IMG/VR virus record: IMGVR_UViG_2695420412_000016
Strand: one strand, 5' to 3'
DNA: 4,200 nucleotides
Source of the DNA: a virus
Lineage: Duplodnaviria; Heunggongvirae; Uroviricota; Caudoviricetes
Positions 1 to 4,200 of this stretch are shown piece after piece. Within the stretch, counting starts at the first letter, position 1. The number at the start of each line of letters is the position of its first letter. The notes under the pieces are model-generated. The model had not been told where the DNA came from. It did not search any database and saw nothing but the letters and a program-made list of their open reading frames with translations. A program made the position numbers and the translations under genes.

Positions 1-869
1 CCTGCCGGTCCCCGTTCGCCGGTTGCCCCGACAGGGCCGGTGTCACCGCGCTCTCCCTTATCACCCTTCGGCCCCTGAGGACCCGCGGGCCCCTGTTCCC
101 CCTTTGGCCCAGGAGGTCCCACCACGGTGGGGATTCGGTTTACGGCGTCTTCCGCCGCTATCCTGCTTTGTTCCGCTGACTGTGCGCTTTCTGCTGACTC
201 CCGGGCTTTTTCTGTTGCGGTCGTTGCATCCCTGGCTGCATTACCGGCTGCACTTTCTGCCGTCTTTCTTGACAATTCAGCATCTGCTGCACTTTGTGAT
301 GACTCACTGGCTTTTTGAGCGGCCTCAGAGGCCGAGGACGAGGACGCCTCCTCTGACTGCTTTGCTGAGGCTGCACTTTCTGCCGCCTGCCGGGCTGACT
401 CCGATGCATATCCTGCTGAAGTGTCAGCATGTGCAGCGCTCTTTTCTGCCTGACTGGCTGATATGCCGGCATTCCTCGCTGACGTCTCCGCCTCTCCGGC
501 ATTCTTCTTCGCCTCCTCAGCGTTACGCGCCACCTCTTCCACCATCAGTTCAAAACGTCGCAGTGCCTCCGGACGGGCATCATCCTCCGTCATGGCACCG
601 AGAAAATCATTCAGCGTACCGGGTTGAGAATCTTCATACACTGTGATGGTCCCGGCATGTGACGGCGGGAATCCTTCCACCAACAGAATGACGCTGTACT
701 GACCGTACTCAACGTCCATGCTGTAACGACCGGCTTCATCCGGATTTTCAGAGGCCACCGTGTTCACCACCACCGTGCTGCTGGTCCGTCTGGCTTTCAG
801 TTGAATGGTACAGTTCTCTACCGGTTTTCCTGTGCCGTCTTTCAGTACACCTGAAATCTTTACTGCCAT
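1..869 (-). CDS. stf: Side tail fibre protein Stf (lambda orf-401-like), N-terminal 289 codons; 3' end lies beyond the window start. ATG at 867-869; complete codons span 3..869.
   Basis: Manual minus-strand translation from the ATG at 869 gives MAVKISGVLKDGTGKPVENCTIQLKARRTSSTVVVNTVASENPDEAGRYSMDVEYGQYSVILLVEGFPPSHAGTITVYEDSQPGTLNDFLGAMTEDDARPEALRRFELMVEEVARNAEEAKKNAGEAE..., with no in-frame stop down to position 3. The N-terminus matches lambda Stf as I recall it (MAVKISGVLKDGTGKPVQNCTIQLKA...TLNDFLCAMTEDDARPE). It is followed by an Ala/Glu/Ser-rich low-complexity stretch and then Gly-X-Y collagen-like triplets (VVGPPGPKGEQGPAGPQGPKGDKGERGDTGPVGATGERGPAG) at about 1..125. The start lies 64 nt after the lom stop, the same spacing I recall for lambda lom to orf-401. 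It is missing from the supplied ORF track, presumably because it has no stop inside the window. Confidence 0.85.
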   Translation of the reverse strand, partial: MAVKISGVLKDGTGKPVENCTIQLKARRTSSTVVVNTVASENPDEAGRYSMDVEYGQYSVILLVEGFPPSHAGTITVYEDSQPGTLNDFLGAMTEDDARPEALRRFELMVEEVARNAEEAKKNAGEAETSARNAGISASQAEKSAAHADTSAGYASESARQAAESAASAKQSEEASSSSASEAAQKASESSQSAADAELSRKTAESAAGNAARDATTATEKARESAESAQSAEQSRIAAEDAVNRIPTVVGPPGPKGEQGPAGPQGPKGDKGERGDTGPVGATGERGPA

Positions 870-880
870 ATTCACCCCAC

Positions 881-906
881 AAAAAAGCCCGCCTGAACCG
901 GCGGGC
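881..906 (-). terminator. Rho-independent terminator between lom copy 1 and stf; 7-bp GC-rich stem, 6-nt loop, then a T6 tract on the minus strand
   Basis: Plus strand aaaaaa(881-886) gcccgcc(887-893) tgaacc gcgggc.. gives GCCCGCC-GGTTCA-GGCGGGC-TTTTTT on the minus strand, immediately 3' of the lom stop (934-936). The T-tract ends about 12 nt before the stf ATG, within GTGGGGTGAAT-ATG. Confidence 0.6.
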
Positions 907-933
907 TGTCATAACACTGTGTTACCTGGCTAA

Positions 934-1533
934 TCAGAATTTATAGCCGACACCCACGATGAAGCCGTCAGTGCGCCAGTCACCACTGCCGGAACCTTCA
1001 TAAGCAATATCAATGGCCACGGATTCGGTCGGGTTAAACTGCACGCCAGCCCCCCACGCCAGAGACGTGTTGCTGTGGCGACCGTCATCACTTCCGGTCA
1101 GCACGTCGTGCGTTTTCCCCTTGTTGTCAATTACGCGGAGATAATCCCCGGAGAAAGTCGACACACGGCTGTAAGCCACGCCCGCCATCGCATACGCGCT
1201 GAACCATTCATTCACGCGCACAGACGGCCCCGCCATTACGCTGAACCAGCGGTTACGAACGGAATCTTCATGCCAGCGGGTATCGCTGTAACGGGTAAGC
1301 TGGCGATTCTTGTCTCCTGCATAGCTGAATGACGTCACCATTCCCAGCGTGTCCGTAAACTCATAACGGTATTTCACGTTAATCCCGTTCAGATCATCGC
1401 TGCCGGAAACGTTCGTCGAGGCATGAAGATAGCCCGCGCTCAGCGTGGACTGATGTTCAGACGCCCATGCAGGCGCACCGGATACGGCCAGACAGATGGC
1501 TGCGGACAAAATGGCGGCATAAAGTTTACGCAT
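934..1533 (-). CDS. lom: Outer-membrane protein Lom (Ail/Lom/OmpX-family 8-stranded beta-barrel), copy 1, 199 aa
   Basis: ORF of 199 aa plus stop. [24 protein letters not shown]|[15 protein letters not shown]... matches lambda Lom as I recall it. It has a Sec-type signal peptide with an AWA-S cleavage motif and a C-terminal ...[10 protein letters not shown] ending in Phe, as expected for a BAM-dependent outer-membrane beta-barrel. A GAGAGG Shine-Dalgarno sequence (plus-strand cctctc at 1539-1544) sits 5 nt upstream of the ATG. Confidence 0.9.
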   Translation of the reverse strand: MRKLYAAILSAAICLAVSGAPAWASEHQSTLSAGYLHASTNVSGSDDLNGINVKYRYEFTDTLGMVTSFSYAGDKNRQLTRYSDTRWHEDSVRNRWFSVMAGPSVRVNEWFSAYAMAGVAYSRVSTFSGDYLRVIDNKGKTHDVLTGSDDGRHSNTSLAWGAGVQFNPTESVAIDIAYEGSGSGDWRTDGFIVGVGYKF

Positions 1534-1554
1534 AATTACCTCTCGCTTTTCTGC

Positions 1555-1581
1555 AATAAAAAAGGCGTCATTTCTGACGCC
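1555..1581 (-). terminator. Hairpin plus T-tract immediately upstream of lom copy 1 (terminator of the upstream unit and/or lom 5'-UTR structure)
   Basis: Minus strand reads GGCGTCA-GAAA-TGACGCC-TTTTTTATT: 7-bp stem at 1564-1570 and 1575-1581, 4-nt loop, T/A tract at 1555-1563. The same element recurs at 2568-2594 and, with a compensatory base-pair change, at 3717-3743. Confidence 0.55.
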
Positions 1582-1882
1582 CGTTCTGGGTTATAAAATT
1601 CAGCTGATACTGAAGAAAATCATTCAGCGTACCGGGTCGGGAATCTTCATACACGGTGATGGTCCCGGCATGTGACGGCGGGAATCCTTCCACCAACAGA
1701 ATAACGCTGTACTGACCGTACTCAACGTCCATGCTGTAACGCCCGGCTTCATCCGGATTTTCTGAGGCCAGCGTGTTCACCACCACCGTGGTGCTGTTAC
1801 GTTTTGCTTTCAGCTGGATTGTGCAGTTCTGTACCGGTTTTCCTGTGCCGTCTTTCAGTACACCTGAAATCTTTACTGCCAT
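1568..1882 (-). pseudogene. Truncated duplicate of the stf 5' end: 90 Stf-like residues, then 14 out-of-frame residues from the J 3'-end and spacer, then stop
   Basis: Translation from the ATG at 1880-1882 gives MAVKISGVLKDGTGKPVQNCTIQLKAKRNSTTVVVNTLASENPDEAGRYSMDVEYGQYSVILLVEGFPPSHAGTITVYEDSRPGTLNDFL, then [14 protein letters not shown] and a stop. Homology to intact stf ends exactly at the 1613/1614 repeat junction. The ORF track starts it 2 codons earlier at a GTG (1888); the ATG aligned with the intact stf start is preferred. It keeps the same RBS and upstream hairpin as intact stf. Confidence 0.7.
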
Positions 1883-1893
1883 ATTCACCCCAC

Positions 1894-1919
1894 AAAAAAG
1901 CCCGCCTGAACCGGCGGGC
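1894..1919 (-). terminator. Rho-independent terminator downstream of lom copy 2 (duplicate of 881-906)
   Basis: Identical GCCCGCC-GGTTCA-GGCGGGC-TTTTTT element, offset by exactly 1013 bp from the first copy. Confidence 0.6.
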
Positions 1920-1994
1920 TGTCATAACACTGTGTTACCTGGCTAATCAGAATTTATAACCGACACCCACGATGAAACCGTCAGTGCGCCAGTC

Positions 1995-4200
<2,206 letters not shown>

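Larger units (their letters stand above)
601..1613 (-). repeat. Tandem direct repeat unit A (1013 bp): stf 5' 267 nt, terminator, lom, hairpin and RBS spacer, last 13 nt of J
   Basis: Positions 601-1613 align with 1614-2626 at an exact 1013-bp offset with only scattered substitutions. Homology to unit B stops on the low side at 600/601 and on the high side at 1613/1614. Confidence 0.85.

Noticed and set aside
127-318. 63-aa plus-strand ORF
   Set aside because: Antisense to stf inside repetitive GC-rich sequence, with no RBS or homology support.
158-502. 114-aa minus-strand ORF (MPERRRRQRGMPAYQPVRQKRAL...)
   Set aside because: It is an out-of-frame read of the same stf low-complexity region. 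Its Arg/Gln-rich composition is an artefact, and the in-frame Stf translation is continuous through this interval.
23-646. 207-aa plus-strand ORF (MPRQGRCHRALPYHPSAPEDPRAPVPP...)
   Set aside because: It is antisense to stf across the GC-rich Ala/Ser-rich and collagen-like coding region. The translation is a Pro/Arg/Leu-rich low-complexity product typical of an alternate frame, with no recognisable domain, and the minus-strand frame has clear Stf homology.
1075-1332. 85-aa plus-strand ORF antisense within lom, with identical counterparts at 2088-2345 and 3237-3494
   Set aside because: Its apparent conservation across three copies is just a consequence of lom being triplicated. It has no RBS context and no recognisable fold, and it sits entirely inside a well-supported gene on the opposite strand.
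1582-1625. Sigma-70 promoter for lom in the region upstream of the hairpin (TATAAC-like hexamer in gaattttataaccc)
   Set aside because: There is a -10-like hexamer, but no acceptable -35 element at 16-18 bp spacing in any of the three copies, and the hairpin plus T-tract lies immediately downstream. I cannot support a promoter call from sequence alone.
1883-1888. GTG at 1888 used by the ORF track as the start of the stf fragment (MNMAVK...)
   Set aside because: The ATG at 1880-1882 aligns with the intact stf start (MAVKISG...) and has better spacing from the purine-rich stretch, so the GTG extension is unlikely to be the true start.

Overview
This window reads as the distal tail region of a lambda-like (lambdoid) prophage, most likely from Escherichia coli or a close enterobacterial relative, with all real genes on the minus strand. 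In transcription order (high to low coordinates) it holds the 3' end of the J host-specificity gene, a chimeric ORF (Lom N-terminus fused to a second, divergent J C-terminal domain), two near-identical complete lom genes separated by a truncated stf 5' fragment, and then an stf side-tail-fibre gene that runs off the window start. The stf gene (1..869) has no stop codon inside the window and is absent from the supplied ORF track; I found it by translating the minus strand by hand. The canonical J-lom-stf order has been expanded by two nested tandem duplications with periods of 1013 bp and about 1149 bp, giving three lom-derived ORFs. Every lom-type start is preceded by a hairpin plus T-tract and a GAGAGG ribosome-binding site, and both complete lom copies are followed by a second hairpin that abuts the stf start. 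The most interesting objects are the Lom::J chimera and the pair of divergent J receptor-binding-domain alleles with conserved flanks. No CRISPR array, tRNA, transposase or integrase is visible. All homology calls rest on my recollection of phage lambda J, Lom and Stf and on direct comparison of the copies within the window; no database search was run.
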